Assembly: GCA_013239625.1 (NCBI GenBank)
Contig: MU054220.1
Location: forward strand, 5,688,626-5,752,625
Length of the DNA stretch: 64,000 bases
DNA from: Lama guanicoe
Lineage: Eukaryota
Reading direction: 5' to 3'
Shown piece after piece: positions 37,683 to 51,007 of the stretch (positions are counted from its first letter, which is position 1; each line of letters begins with the position of its first letter). The notes under the pieces were generated by a model. That model did no database searches. It was given only the letters and a program-made list of their open reading frames with translations, and was not told where the DNA came from. A program made the translations under genes and the position numbers.

Positions 37683-38244
37683 TGTGAAGGAGGAAAAATA
37701 AATTTCCATCTACCCTTTCAGGTTCTTGGCTGAGACATGCCTTCTTGTAATAAAAGACAGATTAACAGGAGAAAATTAGTAGGAGAAAAGCAAACAAATT
37801 TAATAATATGTATACTTCCTGTATACATGGAAGAGATGCAGGAAAACTGAGTAACTCCTCAAAATGGCCCAACCCACCACCTTAAATAACATCTTTAGCT
37901 AACGACAAAAGAAAATGTTGAGGGTTGGGGAAACAATTATGAGGGACTATCCAGAAAAGTACAGTAAACAGGGGTATGTTGTTATGCAGATTTAAGTCCC
38001 TGCCTTCTCCACTGATAAAAATTTCCAGAGATTTGGTCATCCTCCTCTTCTGGTACAGAGAGGAAGATACCCTTACAAATAAATAGCCATTTCCCATATA
38101 AATGTAAATATCTCTTACAAAAGGGTAACTTTCACTGGTTTTCAGAGCTTCTTCTGTGTGTGCAATTTCTTTAAAATAACCAACTCAAATAATCAATATG
38201 CCAAAAAGGCACATTTGAGGTGGCATATTCTTTTCCATTTGCCA
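37683..38244 (-). mobile_element. ERV1-class solo LTR (MER34/MER39-like group)
   Basis: TG...CA ends; aaaagacagattaacaggagaaaa; aaataatcaatatgccaaaaaggcacatttgaggtggcatattct. Confidence 0.75.
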
Positions 38245-38999
38245 ATCAACAAGTGTTCTAAGAATGCCAAGACAGAGAAATGATAAGTACATAACTCTGA
38301 AGCTATCTGCCCAATTTTATGTATTAAATTTGTTAAATAACAGGATGGGTGGTCAGAATAAATAAACTAATTTATTTATCAAGGACCTGCCCATTTGCCC
38401 ACACCCATAGAAGTCGTCATGGAATAGTGAAGTAGCATGGCTCTGAGGTAACATGTCTGGGTTATTTGGCCCCTGATATTTACATAAGCTTGGGAAATTT
38501 TGTTAATCTCTAAGCCATAATGAAATCATCTGTAAAACAGTGATAATAATTCCTATGATAACAATTCCTGTAGGTTTATTGAAAAATGAATGTGTGAAAT
38601 TTCTCACATGTATTGGGTAATTGCAAACATTTGTTCAAATTTGCTCATGGTGCCATAGGGAATACAAAGATATTTAAGACCAAATCAGAAATTTAAGTTC
38701 TAACTAAAAACTGAAATAATACAAAGAATCAGTCAAACTAGACTCACATAAATCAGAAATCTTATCTAATGTTAAGCTTTACTAATAAATTCAAAGACAG
38801 AAGTCATCATAATGAACAGGAGAAACCAAAAAAGCCCTAGGACCATAGTTTCCCAGGTTCTTGTTTGCCCTGTCAAAAGCACTCCTTTGCAGCCCTGACT
38901 CAGAAGATGGCTGTCTCTCAGACATGAGGCATTTCCATATTATACTCAGTGAAGGTAGCTTACATGATGTTTTCCAGGAAAATATGGTTTCTTTCACAA

Positions 39000-41020
39000 T
39001 TGTGAAAGAGAAGTTTATAAGTCTTAATTCATTAAAATTAAAATCTGCTCTGTGAAAGACACTGTTAAGAGAATGAAAAGACATGCCACCAACTGGGAGA
39101 AAATATTTTCAAAACATATATCTGATACAAGAAACTTGTACCCAAAATGTACAAAGAAGTCTTAAAATTCAACAATAAGAAAACAACCCAATCAAATATG
39201 GGTGAAAGATCTGAAGAGACACCTCACAAAGGAAGACATATACAGGCAAATATGCATATAAAAATATATTCTATACCATTTGTTATTAAGCAATTATAAA
39301 TTAAAATAATAAAGAGATATCACTATATATTAGAATATCTGAAAGCCAAAATATTGAAACATCAAAAGCCGGTGAGGTTGTGGAGAAACAGAAACTCTTA
39401 GTTATCACTGGTGGGAATGCAAAATGATAGAGCCATGTTGAAAGACATTTTGAGAGTGTCTTAGAAACCTAAATATACTCTTCTTATATGGGACAGCAAT
39501 GGTTCTCCTAGGTATTCACCCACTTGAGTTGAAAATACAGTTCCAAAAAACCTCCAAAACCAAAAAACAAAAGAAAACTGCATGTGATTATTTATAGCAG
39601 CTTTTTATACAATTGCTAAAAACTGGACATAACCAAGATGTTCTTCAAAATGTTGAATGAATTAACCAACTGTGATATATCCATTCAGTGCAATATTATT
39701 CAACAATAAAAAGAAAAGAGCTATCAAGCCTAAAAGATGTAGGAATATTACGTATGTATTTCTACAAGAAAGAAGCCAATCTGAAAAGGATGCATATTGT
39801 ATGATTCCAATTATATGACATTCTGGAAAAGACAAAACTATGGACATACTGTTTCTAAGGTTTCAAAGTTCAGGGCAAGGATGACTAGGTGAAACAGGGG
39901 ATTTTTATGGTAGTGAAACTACTTTTTTATCATACATGTAATTGTCATACAGGACAATATGTATTTTGAAAATGCATAAAACTTTACAGCACAAGTAATG
40001 TAACATAATGTATGTAAAGTTTCTCACTTTTGGAGTGGGAATTTGCAGATAAATAAGAGAAGGAAGCTGGAATAATCTATGCAGTAAGGGATTAAAGCTG
40101 GAGACATTGGTAAGAACTCATGTTTGACTTAACATAGATACATATGGTTACGTATACAAATATTTATAAATATGGGTACATACATGAGTTAGTTACATAT
40201 GTATTTCTTTTTTTGTCTGCTGAGAAGTCCCGAAAGAAGTGGCACTGTGGTCGCAATGAGCACACCTAACACCCAGATCTTTGTTTTCAATATCTCATAC
40301 TAGAAAAAAAAGAACCAGTAGTCTCTAGAGAAAGGACTGATTCTAGGCAACATGTGAGATGATCCAAGAGCACCTTATAGTGTCAGAAAATGCACAAGTG
40401 CTCAAACAAACAAAGAAATTACACTGATGGGATGTGTCAAAGGGGCACAGGAGCCAACTGAAAGAACTTATAAATGGTTAAAACTAGAATAATATGAGCC
40501 ATGAAAACAAGTGGAGTAATATTGGATTATAACCCAAAGGATTAAATGAATATCCATGAATCAGTATAGATGGTAACAAATTCTTGAATAAATAAATGGG
40601 GGAGAAGAGACAAATCTGTGCAGAAGAATTCTAAATAAATTATGTCAATTCTGGGGGGTAGGGTATAGCTCAGTGGTGGAGCGTGTGCTTAGTGTGCACA
40701 AGGTCCTGGGTTCAATCCCCAGTACTTCCATTAAAAACTATTGATAAATAAACCTAACTGTCCCCCCTAAAAAAGAAAAAAAAATAGAAAAAAAAACATT
40801 ATGTAGATTCTCTGTCCTCAGAGAGAGAGAGCATAAATCTCTTGCCTTTAAATATGGGCTGTGCAGGGATTTTTTTTTTTTCCAAAGAGTACAATATAGG
40901 AAAAGGGGAACCTAAAGTAATTTTACAGTGCAGACATCTGACAAACACTACCTCAGCCAGGTGATCAAGGTCAACACCAACAGTCATAAAACATGCTGAT
41001 AGTATGTACCTTTGATCTGA
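39000..41020 (+). mobile_element. L1MC/L1MD-like ORF2 3' end and 3'UTR, interrupted by a SINE
   Basis: aaaatctgctctgtgaaagacactgttaagagaatgaaaagacatgccacc; 3'UTR ctgacaaacactacctcagccaggtgatcaaggtcaac. Confidence 0.9.
40653..40797 (+). mobile_element. tRNA-derived SINE (camelid Vic-1-like)
   Basis: A box tagctcagtgg, B box ggttcaatccc, tail taaataaacctaactgtcccccc plus poly(A); 14-bp TSD attatgtcaattct (40639-40652) / attatgtagattct (40798-40811). Confidence 0.9.
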
Positions 41021-41164
41021 TAAGAATTGATGAATGAAAATGTATAGTGTTTGAATCCTTTAAAGTGCTGGAGAGCCAGCAAATTTGCCTTCCTCTCTGA
41101 ACCACAGAATTTTTTTTTAACATAAGAAAAACATTAGTCACTCTGGATTAAGTGACTTTTTCCT

Positions 41165-41725
41165 TGCTGAAAGATCGGCCCCCATCCCTGATGAGTCAAA
41201 TAATTCAGAGACAAGTTCTTGAAGCTTAGAAGAAAAGAGGCAGCTTTATTTCTTTGCCAGGCAAAGGGGACTCATAGCAGTTTAGTGCCTTCAAAACTGT
41301 GAACCCGTCTTGGGGTTGGGGCTTAGTGATTATAAAGACAAACAGGTTGGAGTATGAAAGGTGATAACAACAGGTGGGGGCATAAAAGGTGGTCATGATC
41401 TACAAGGGTCTCTGATGAAACTTCCTTCTAAATCTTGATGAGTCTGTCTGGTATCATGGGGCCTCCCGGAGGTCTGGAAAGTACGGAGGAACTCTGGGGA
41501 ATCTGGTCATTCTGAGGTTATCGTCCTGTGAATCTCTTCCTGGGAAATGACTCAGATGCCAAACATGATTGTAATTATCAGAGTAAGGTAAAATCAAACA
41601 GTATTATCAAAAACTTTAGCTTTAACCATGGCCTGGGGCTGGGCAGTCAGGTTTGCTGATGGTTCTGAAAGCAAGCAGTAAGCATAAAGCCAAGAATTTG
41701 TTAGTCTAAGTGTGGCCATTTCAAT
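41165..41725 (-). mobile_element. ERV1-class solo LTR
   Basis: gaaaagaggcagctttatttctttgccaggcaaaggggactcatagcagtttagtgccttcaaaactgtg; reverse AATAAA poly(A) signal near the left end. Confidence 0.7.
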
Positions 41726-44059
41726 ATTTCTCCTTCATTTTCATCATTTCCTTTTAGTTGCATCTTAACACTATACTAAAGAAGTTCAGTGTTTTTCTGT
41801 TCTTTTATAAGCATGCCTGTGAAAAGTGTAAACTGCAAATGGTTATTTTTGTAGAGTCTTCAGAAACCCAGTTCTAATAACTGTCTTTATCTGGCATAAA
41901 GAAAATCTTCCTTTCCCTCCTTTTTTTTTGTTTTGCTTTTTACTAGAAAAATCATCTTTGCAGATTATGAGGATCATCTCCCTCTTATCCCTAGAAATAA
42001 GTTTCTCTGAGAGATTGAACGTATGTTCTTTGTTATTGCTGCAGTATTCCCATCACCTAAAGAAGTACCTATCAGAGAGAAGATGCTCAATAAATACTTA
42101 ATAAATCAGTGCATCACTGCAATGTCTGCATTGGCATTTTAAATACTTCCCTCCACCTAGGGGAATGCTAATTGAAGTTATGAAAGTGGCTGAGATTGTT
42201 ATGTTAAAACAGATTTTGGGCATATCTCTACACTTTGGGTTAAATGAGGAAGAAACAACAACAAAATAGGTGGGATAGTACCAAAGAGAACTCAGATGAT
42301 GTAGTGTCATGGCATCCAAGGGAGGCCAGCATTTCAAAAATGAGGTCCTCAGTAATGAATATTTCAGAGAATAATGAGGAGCAAGCTGCTAATGTGTTGA
42401 TGTGGAAGACAAAGATGAATTTTCAAACAGCACTTGAGTGATGAGAATAAACCACGCAGATTCCAGGATTGTTAGTAAGGAAAAGCCATTGGAAATTGAG
42501 GTAGTGAGTCAAGAATTTTCTTACAACTTCATGGTTGTGTATATATGTGTAAGGTCATATACGCAGTGCTTCAACTATTTCTTGGCACGGTAAATGTTGT
42601 TGCTGTTCTTTATGTATATAATAATTACAATTTCAAATGTCTTGAATAGTTTAAGCTTTAAAGTGAGGACATGTTCAGTTAATCTTTGTGATCCTTCCCA
42701 ACCTTAAGCATAATGCTGAATGCACAGCACACTTCTTTAAATTTCACTTGTAATGTGAACTATTGTATATTCTAATTCCCCTTTTCTTGACATCCACAGT
42801 AGTCTTACTTCTGTTGCAAAATACTGAATAAATTATGCTTGAAATTTATAGAAATAACAAGTTGATACCTCAATTTGGTAAACAGAAAATAGTCACAAAT
42901 GGTATACAATAATAAAGAATTCATTTGTGAATCCTTGCAAAGCACTTTAACTTTCATTGTTTTAATGAATTTCATAGCAACTCCATGAGGAAGCAAGGTA
43001 TAATATTCCCAATTTTAAGAGAAGGTGGTAAAGTTTATAATTAGGCTTGGGTTTAGATAACTTCCTTCATCATTTACAATTTATATGACCTTAGTCAATT
43101 CACTTAACCATTTCTAGTTTTAGTTTTTTCACCTGTAAAATAGTTATGTCTAACTCACAGAATTATTGAAACAATTAAATCTATTAATCAAATGCTCAAA
43201 AACCTGACCTTTCTTTATTTCATTCCATTGCCATGTCATGCCCAAGCAGATATAGCCATAAATCAATTCTAAATTGGTTTAAAGGAAATATGGAAGCAAA
43301 CAGAATACGTACTTGGCAAGTATAGTACCTGAGGTGAAACTTAGTCCCTTGGATGCTCAAAAGGTTTTCTTGTGCTTTCAGTCACACTGATATTTGGAAG
43401 TGCTAACATTTGGTATATCTTGTATTTATTACGTATGGCACTTGGTTTTTAAGCCTCTAAATTTATTCAAGATTATTTTAATGATCATTCTGCTGAAACT
43501 CTAATGCAAAGTTTAAGTCTCTCTAAAGGTACATTTCCACTCCCTTAATAATAGCACAGAGAAATTACTTAGAAGTTCCTTTTATTCCACGATACCTCAG
43601 AAGTTGAGAGCAGATAATGAGAATGTATTCACATTCTTAATGTAGTAATCCCCAGTGGAGATCTTCACATTTTTAATTATTTAACAATGTCATTTAAATA
43701 TTATCTGTCTGCTATGAATATTTCATGTTCATCAAAAATTCCCTGAAAAAGTAAAAATAACCTGTACATTTGTTAAAGAAGACAGTATCAATAATAGCAT
43801 CCAAATGGTGTTTCACCGCCTTTGGCATGGGGAATAGATTTTAATCCAGTGGTCCCAATCAATCATCTGAAGTTTTTGTAAGAGTACACAGACTGAGGGC
43901 ATTTTAACAGAAAGAATCTTGGAAATAGGGCTTGAATAATGAAATAGGACTGGAGATCAGCTCTGTCTCAAGACTGGATATTCTTCAGGAACATGTAGAA
44001 GAACCTCTGAAAGTCAAAGCTGAGCCATCTCCGGTGATATGACCAGGGTGAGCAACACG

Positions 44060-44438
44060 TGTCATGGATTGAATTCTGTTCACTCCAAATTCATACGTTG
44101 AAGCCGTAACCCCACAAAGTGACTGCATTTGAAGGTACGGACTTTGAAGAGATAATTTAAGGTTAGATGAGAGTGAGGTACTAATTCAGTATGACTTGCA
44201 TCCTTTAAGAAAAAGAAGAGACACCAGGGGTGTGTACACACAAAGAAGAGGCCATGCGAGGCCACAGCAAAAAAAGGTTGCCATCTGCAGGCAAAAGAGA
44301 GAAGCCTCAGAAGAAACCAATCCTGCTGGCACCTTGATCTGGGACTTTCAGTTTCCAGAACTGTGAGAAAATAAATCTCTGTTGTTTAAGCCACTCAGTC
44401 TGTGGCATTTTGTTACAGCAGCTGAGCAGACCAATACA
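44060..44438 (+). mobile_element. MaLR solo LTR (MLT1A/B-like), complete
   Basis: TG...CA ends; gaaaccaatcctgctggcaccttgatctgggactttcagtttccagaactgtgagaaaataaat; 5-bp TSD acacg (44055-44059) / acatg (44439-44443) differing by one CpG transition. Confidence 0.93.
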
Positions 44439-46139
44439 ACATGTTTCCATGAGGCAGCGTCATGACCTGTGGAATATCAAGAGCAGAAGTGTAAAGTTAG
44501 ACAGTTATGGGAAGTGTAGTTAAATACTGTGAGTTAACATACATAGAGCATCTGGTATATGTTGAGTGGTTGCGACAGGTACCTTTCATTTCCAAGTCAA
44601 GCCTGCAGTGTTGTCATTATGAGCCTCAGGATGCAGATGTGAGAACTACAGACTGGAGGAAGTAAACTACTTCAAATCAAAGAGATAAAAAGTAACCGAC
44701 AGAAGGTTAGAATCTAGTATTTTTCAACTTAAAGTGATGACCTTGTCATGATGTCATAATTTCACTGTCTCTGAATTTTTCAGTGACTCTGGCTTTGGCT
44801 CTATCTTTTTACACTTTTCTCAATCTCTCTGTCTGTTTCATACTCTTTCTTGTTTCTCCTACTCTGCTGTAGCTATTGCTCATACATTGTCTATGCTTAA
44901 GAAATACAGTGTCCTACACTAAAATATCTCCTTCCAGTTTACAAAGTATGAGAGACCAAGCAGTAGAGAATAGTCAGGAAGGACTTTGTCGTGCCTCTGA
45001 TTATTTACTGAAGACAACTTGGCATCAGCTCAACGGATAACCTATTTTGTCTGCTTCTAACCATTTTGTTTTCAATTACTATTTTACCTTGACAACAAAG
45101 TCAGAAACTTTAAATGCATTAGTCTCTTTGTTAATTTAATTAAAATACAGCTTCTAATTACATCAGAAAACAATCAACTGCCTCTCCTCTCTCTGAGGAA
45201 CTAAGAAAAGAGTTGGAAGCCATTGAAAAGGGAACTATTGGGAGCGCTAGTGAACGTTATCAGGAAAGGTAAGGTGCTGGGAATCTGCCTTTGGAACAGA
45301 AGACAAAACAATTACAAGTGGGCACATTGACCTTTTTTCTCTTTCTACTGTGTTCTCTCCCTCAGTGTTTACTCATTTCCTCTGCCCTCCTCCCCATCTC
45401 CTCTCCCTCCTCTTCCGTAATGGTTTCCTTTCTCTGGAAAGTTGTTTAGTTTGTTTCTAAAGAGCCTCTCAGGAATGCATGAAATTGAGCAATTACAGAT
45501 GTGTCATCTTGGCAATTTTCCCAACATTTTATGTTGTTTTGAACTAGAGAAATTTTGATGTGAATGGTTCAAGATGCTTCCACTCACTGATACAGTATTT
45601 AAATGTATTATCTCTTGCTATTTGTAGCAACCTAAAAAATGGTTGCATGGATTATTCCTATTTGTTGGATGTAGAAATTGTGTCACAAAGAGGTTAATTT
45701 ACATGTCAGAGGCTACATAGCCTTAAAGGTAAACTTTACTAGCCTGAATCTATAGATTTTACTTGTCACCACTTGTTTATAGTACATAATGAGTGTCTGT
45801 CTGCTATGTAATTTATAGTGCTCGTTTTAGAAAATGAGGAAGTAACAACTTCCTTTTTAAATAATGCAATCAGTGCAATCAGCAATATATTTTTTATGTT
45901 AAGCTATTCAGTGGAATTTATCTGTTTGCTTCTTAAATTTGGCAATCCTAACTTCTTAGATATAGATGAATAAGTTTCCTACTATAACTGGATATGTAAG
46001 AAGCAATATGAATATTAGACTGTAAGATCTAAAAAAGAGAATATGATCAATTTACTCCTCTTATTAGTGCTTGACCCATATTTTATTGTCAGGTGTGTAT
46101 GTGCATATGTGTGTCTTCTTTTGAGGGTTAGGGGAGGGA

Positions 46140-46365
46140 GAGAATATAGCTAATGGTTAAGAGCATAGGCTTTGGAGTAAAAATATCTGAGTTAAGCCAG
46201 TAGTAAATATTTCATCTCAGACAGGTTACTTATCCGTTTAGGTCTTGGTTTGAAAATGGGGAGAATAGTAGTACTTGCAATATTGAGCTCTTATGAAAGT
46301 AAATGATAGGATACATGTAAAAAGATTTAATACTTGTCACACTTAATTACTCATTAATAGCTGGC
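46140..46365 (+). mobile_element. MIR SINE relic
   Basis: aatggttaagagcataggctttggagt...aaaatggggagaatagtagtac. Confidence 0.75.
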
Positions 46366-46554
46366 TATATTTCTTTCCATAGCACTTTATTGCTAGGTTA
46401 TTTATTCTATGCAAAGGATGGATTACAAGATAAATTCTCATGTCAATAAAAGGGTGTTGTGCTCAAAGTATATGTAACCTTTAGATGCAGTGAAGGTACT
46501 GTTCGTACTGTCTTCTGATTGTCAGCAATTGGTCGCCAAAAATTAGCAGTTCTT

Positions 46555-46817
46555 TTTTTTTTAACATTTTGTATTGATTTATAATCATTTTACAATGTTG
46601 TGTCAAATTCCAGTGTTCAGCACAATTTTTCAGTCATACATGGACAGATACACCCTCATTGTCACATTTTTTTCTCTGTGATTTATCATAACGTTTTGTG
46701 TAAATTTCCCTGTGCTATACAGTATAGTCTTCTTTATCTATTCTATAGTTTTGAAATCCCAGTCTATCCCTTCCCACCCTCCGCCCCCTGGCAACCACGA
46801 GTCTGTATTCTCTGTCT
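46555..46817 (-). mobile_element. Younger 5'-truncated L1 3' end
   Basis: Poly(T) at left end; tttccctgtgctatacagta; TSD gttctt (46549-46554 / 46818-46823); related to 62907-63138. Confidence 0.88.
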
Positions 46818-47222
46818 GTTCTTAGTGAAGGGCATTTCAAACCTTGGATGTCAAGATAATCAGAATTTTGGTTGTTTGCTCTTGAGTTAGAAAGAAAACT
46901 ACTAATTGTTACATACAGTGCTTCAAAGTGGCTTCGACTAAGGAAGGTAATATTCCAGTTGAGGATCCATAATGCACAGTGTATTGAAGCCTTTCTTCCA
47001 GGTGTCCCCTGAACCATTACCCCCGTCTAACTACACACACATACCTCCAGAGTACATGGATGTGTCACTATTTATAAAGGGTACATTTTTTCTATCTAGC
47101 TAAATAACATTTACATTTTCTGATTATGAAAGTTTATTAACTCCCTAGAATATATGTAATATACATTAACAATAGAAAGAAAAAAGTCATCCATTAACCT
47201 ACCATCCAAAATTTTCTATTAT

Positions 47223-47751
47223 TGAAATAAAGACCACCCAACTGAGAACAAACAAAGGCTATTTATTCAGAATTTACTATAGCAAGGGAGATAGCCACTA
47301 ACGTTTGTGTTTAGTAGAGACTTGAAAGCAGGCAGACAAGTGGGAAATTTTAATAGTTAAATATAGGGAAGGCTTTGGGTATGCCTTGAATGGAGGCTTT
47401 CGGCATGGGGAAACTCTAGACGGGCTTACAAGAAGTGGAGCATCTTATGACATTGGTTAGAGGTGCATAATTAGCTTTCCCTGGTTGGTACTAAGTTGGA
47501 AGTGGGGGCAAAAATTGGGGAAGCTGTCAGTTATTAGTCACATCTTAGCCACCTTCTTAGGCAATTATGATTGTTATAGGGGTTATCATTCGGCTTCCTG
47601 GATTTTTGCTAGAGATAATGGTCTGACCTGACAAGTCTGACTTGTAGATGAGTAGTCTGGCTTCCTGGTGTGGTTGCTGCTGATTACAGACCAGAGTTCT
47701 GCTTTTATATATATGATCTGGCCACTGTTCATTTATATATTCAGTCTCTCA
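47223..47751 (-). mobile_element. ERV-type solo LTR (family uncertain)
   Basis: TG...CA ends; gagaacaaacaaaggctatttattcagaatttactatagcaaggga; reverse AATAAA signal. Confidence 0.7.
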
Positions 47752-49002
47752 CCATGTTTAATACAGTATGTTTTATTCCAGAACTCCTCATCCCACTACT
47801 AAGGTGTATGCTTTATTGTGAAGTGACTAACAATTTTTACAGGTAGAAAAAAATGTGTATTAGTCAAAAAGTACCCAATTCCCCAGAAAATTATGTCAAT
47901 GGTTTCATTTATTGCATATGCAGAGCACCTATTAGATTCTGACAGGTTCAATAGGATCAATAACAATGATGGCATATTTTCTTACCTCAGAGAACCCAGA
48001 ATTTTGCAGGCATAGGTATGATATGGGCCTAGATATCCCATATGCTTAAGTATTTTCCATATATGATGTCAAACACTTATGGCTAAAATAATCATATGTT
48101 AATTTATGGTTTTTGACACACAAAATCAGAGAGTCATTACACAAATGGAGAAATAGGCAAGTTTAAAATATGTAATGCTCAAAGTTAAGTGTTTGAAAAA
48201 ATGAAGGTAATTTTGTGTTTCAAACTGAAATAATTAGCTCTCTGAAAAGTCTATAATTAGTATTATTTGAATTTAGAATTAATATTGCAGATAGCAAATT
48301 ACTGCTTATTTCAGATGAATTTTAGTGGCTAGATCAAATGCACTTGAATGCAGCTGGGTGTTCTCTATGTACTGTATTGTTTTTATTAATGAAAATTAAT
48401 TTAAACCTGGATTGCATAATTTGCCTTTGTATGCAAAGTTAAATTTATAATTGCTATTAAGTACCAACTTAAGAGACATCATGAAAGCACATTTTTAAGT
48501 GAATTTTATTTATATAGCCCCCAAGTAAAATTCTCACATATGTTAAATATGTATAAATATTTCTAGCATGTATGATCTTTATTGGAGATCATTCATATCT
48601 TTTTTGAATGATAAACAACATTAGTTCCCTGAGAATAGATTATTCTAGCATAAAAGAGTTTAGACTGAGAAGTTGGTGAATCCTGAATCAACTTGTTTTG
48701 TGAATTATGAAATATTTAAGTGAGCTTTTCTCCCATAAGGTACTATGTTGAAACTAAAACATGTGTATGTGTGTGTGCACACTCACACAAATGGCTGTAT
48801 ATATTTAATTTATATTTTATGCTGGTACAATCTTTTATCACCAAGAAGACAAAGTAAAATTTAGGAATATATATTATTAGCAAGGCTATTTCTTAACTTT
48901 GGAAGCCATTCTGGAAACCAAAACTTTGACTCTAAAATTTACTGGACTTCCTATCCTTAACAAATTAAAGGGGTTTTAAAAATCTTGACTCTCCTGAAAG
49001 AC

Positions 49003-49003
<1 letters not shown>

Positions 49004-49035
<32 letters not shown>

Positions 49036-49050
49036 TACATATATACATAC
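49004..49050. repeat. (TA)n/(CA)n microsatellite
   Basis: Seen directly. Confidence 0.9.
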
Positions 49051-50769
49051 AAACATGTGTATATATAATTTATTGAGAAGAATCTAAATCTATAGAATAA
49101 AAACTTGATTCATTAATTACTTTAATTATAAATATACTATTACTTCCCTTAACAAACTAGTATTAACAAACTAATTCAAATAGAAACAGTGCTTTTTCCT
49201 GTTATTGCCAAAACCTTTTCATTAGGATAATATAATAAACCTCTTAGTCCTGATTTCTCAATGTTTCTGAACTCTATCCTCATTCTTAATCATCCTTTGA
49301 CCCCTTTTTGGTACTCCTTCCTAGTCCCAAATGGAATAGCCACTTGCTAATATCAATGTCAATATGTTAATTTCATGTTATTCTTTACCTTCCTTTATAA
49401 TCTTTCAAAGTTGAGACATTCTGGTACAGAACTCATTAACTACATTGTTATTAGTTTAATGTTTTTCTATCCTTATTTCCCATTGCACAGATTCATATAA
49501 CTGTTAACATTTCCTCCAGTTGTTAACATTTGCTTTCTGTATCTTTTGCTACTGCTTAGGGATTCTTTGTCTCTCTGAGCTGCTGCAGTAAGTGGTCATC
49601 ACAGTTCAGCCATTCACTTCCTACAAACAAACAACTTCTGATCTGAATGCTAGTAAATTTTTTCATTACTTAGAAGTCTTATAAAGTATTCATTGCTTTT
49701 TTGTGTTATCAGATTGTTTCCAACCCTAAGGTTGACATTTGAAGTTTACCTGTCTTCCAGTTACCTTACTGAGCTTTGCGGTGTAACTGCTTCACCTATA
49801 TTTATGCATATTCACAAATTCATGCATGCTAAATGGCCATTTTATACTGAAATAGAACAACTTGTGGAATGGCCTGACTTTTTAAAGAGTTAAGTTAGAA
49901 GAAAGGAAAGAAGACAACTAAGATTTGTTGAGTGTGCATGGCTACATTAACTTGCACATTTCTGCATTTTCTTAGAATAAACCTATAGGGTTACTTTGCA
50001 AACAAAGAAACTGGGCTCAGAGAAGTGAAAATCAGTCAGGCTTCTCCAGTTATTACATTATAGATCCTAAATTAATATCCCAAATTGACTTTTCCCAGAA
50101 AGCTTATAATCTTTCCAAAGTATTACATTAGGCATAAAGGCAAGACTGTCCATTTGTCTTATGCAACAAATACCTTTAAAAGAAGGGTCTTAGGAGTTTA
50201 GGAAGACAGATCCTAGAGGTATCAAGTAATAGAGTTTAGAAGAGATTTTTGGCAATCATTCCTTTCACTACAAGTAGGACCACATTAAATCACCTGAAAT
50301 AGCTGAGATTGAATCCTGTTTATAAATATCTCTTTCAAAGGGGATTTGGTGATGTCCTCTTGGCAACACATTCTGTTGTTGGAAAATCCCCATTTTATAA
50401 ATCTTCAAATAATCCATCAACAGGATTCTGTTAAGTGCTTACCATATGCCAGGTTCCATAATATGTAATACTTGTAAGGTACAATGTCTTCATTTAGAGA
50501 CAATTTAGTGTAGTTGGGGCAAGAATGCAAATAAATGAAATGAGAACTGGTGATTCAGTATAAATGTTAAGACTCAAATAAACAGTAAGGGTTTCAGAAG
50601 ATGAAGAGGTAGAGTAGATGGGTCCCAGAAGATTTTGGAAATAATAGTTTAAAATGGAGTTTGAAGAAGAGAGGTGAATCCCTTTCTTCAAATTCAAAGT
50701 TAATTCCTTTGGATAAGACACAGTCAGCCTTAATTGCCTGTGCAGCAATCATTGCCTATCAGAATGTAT

Positions 50770-50995
50770 TTTCCTAGAGTTTGATACCTTGCCTGGCTGG
50801 GTTCAACTCCTGGCTCCACCATTACTGCATTGGAAATGTGGGCAAATTATCTATGTTCTCTATATTTCAGTTTTATCATCTGTAAAATGGGACCCTTGTA
50901 ATACTTTTCTCATATGGCTGTTGTGAAGATTGTGAGTGATTACATTCATTTTATTTACAATAGTACCAGGCACATGGTAAGATTTCAATAAATGC
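50770..50995 (+). mobile_element. MIR SINE
   Basis: ctgggttcaactcctggctccacc...cagttttatcatctgtaaaatggg...accaggcacatggtaagatttcaataaatg. Confidence 0.85.
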
Positions 50996-51007
50996 TGCTG
51001 CTGCTGC

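Noticed and set aside
40653..40730. tRNA gene
   Set aside because: The tRNA-like head continues into a SINE tail and poly(A), is flanked by a TSD and sits inside an L1, so it is a SINE
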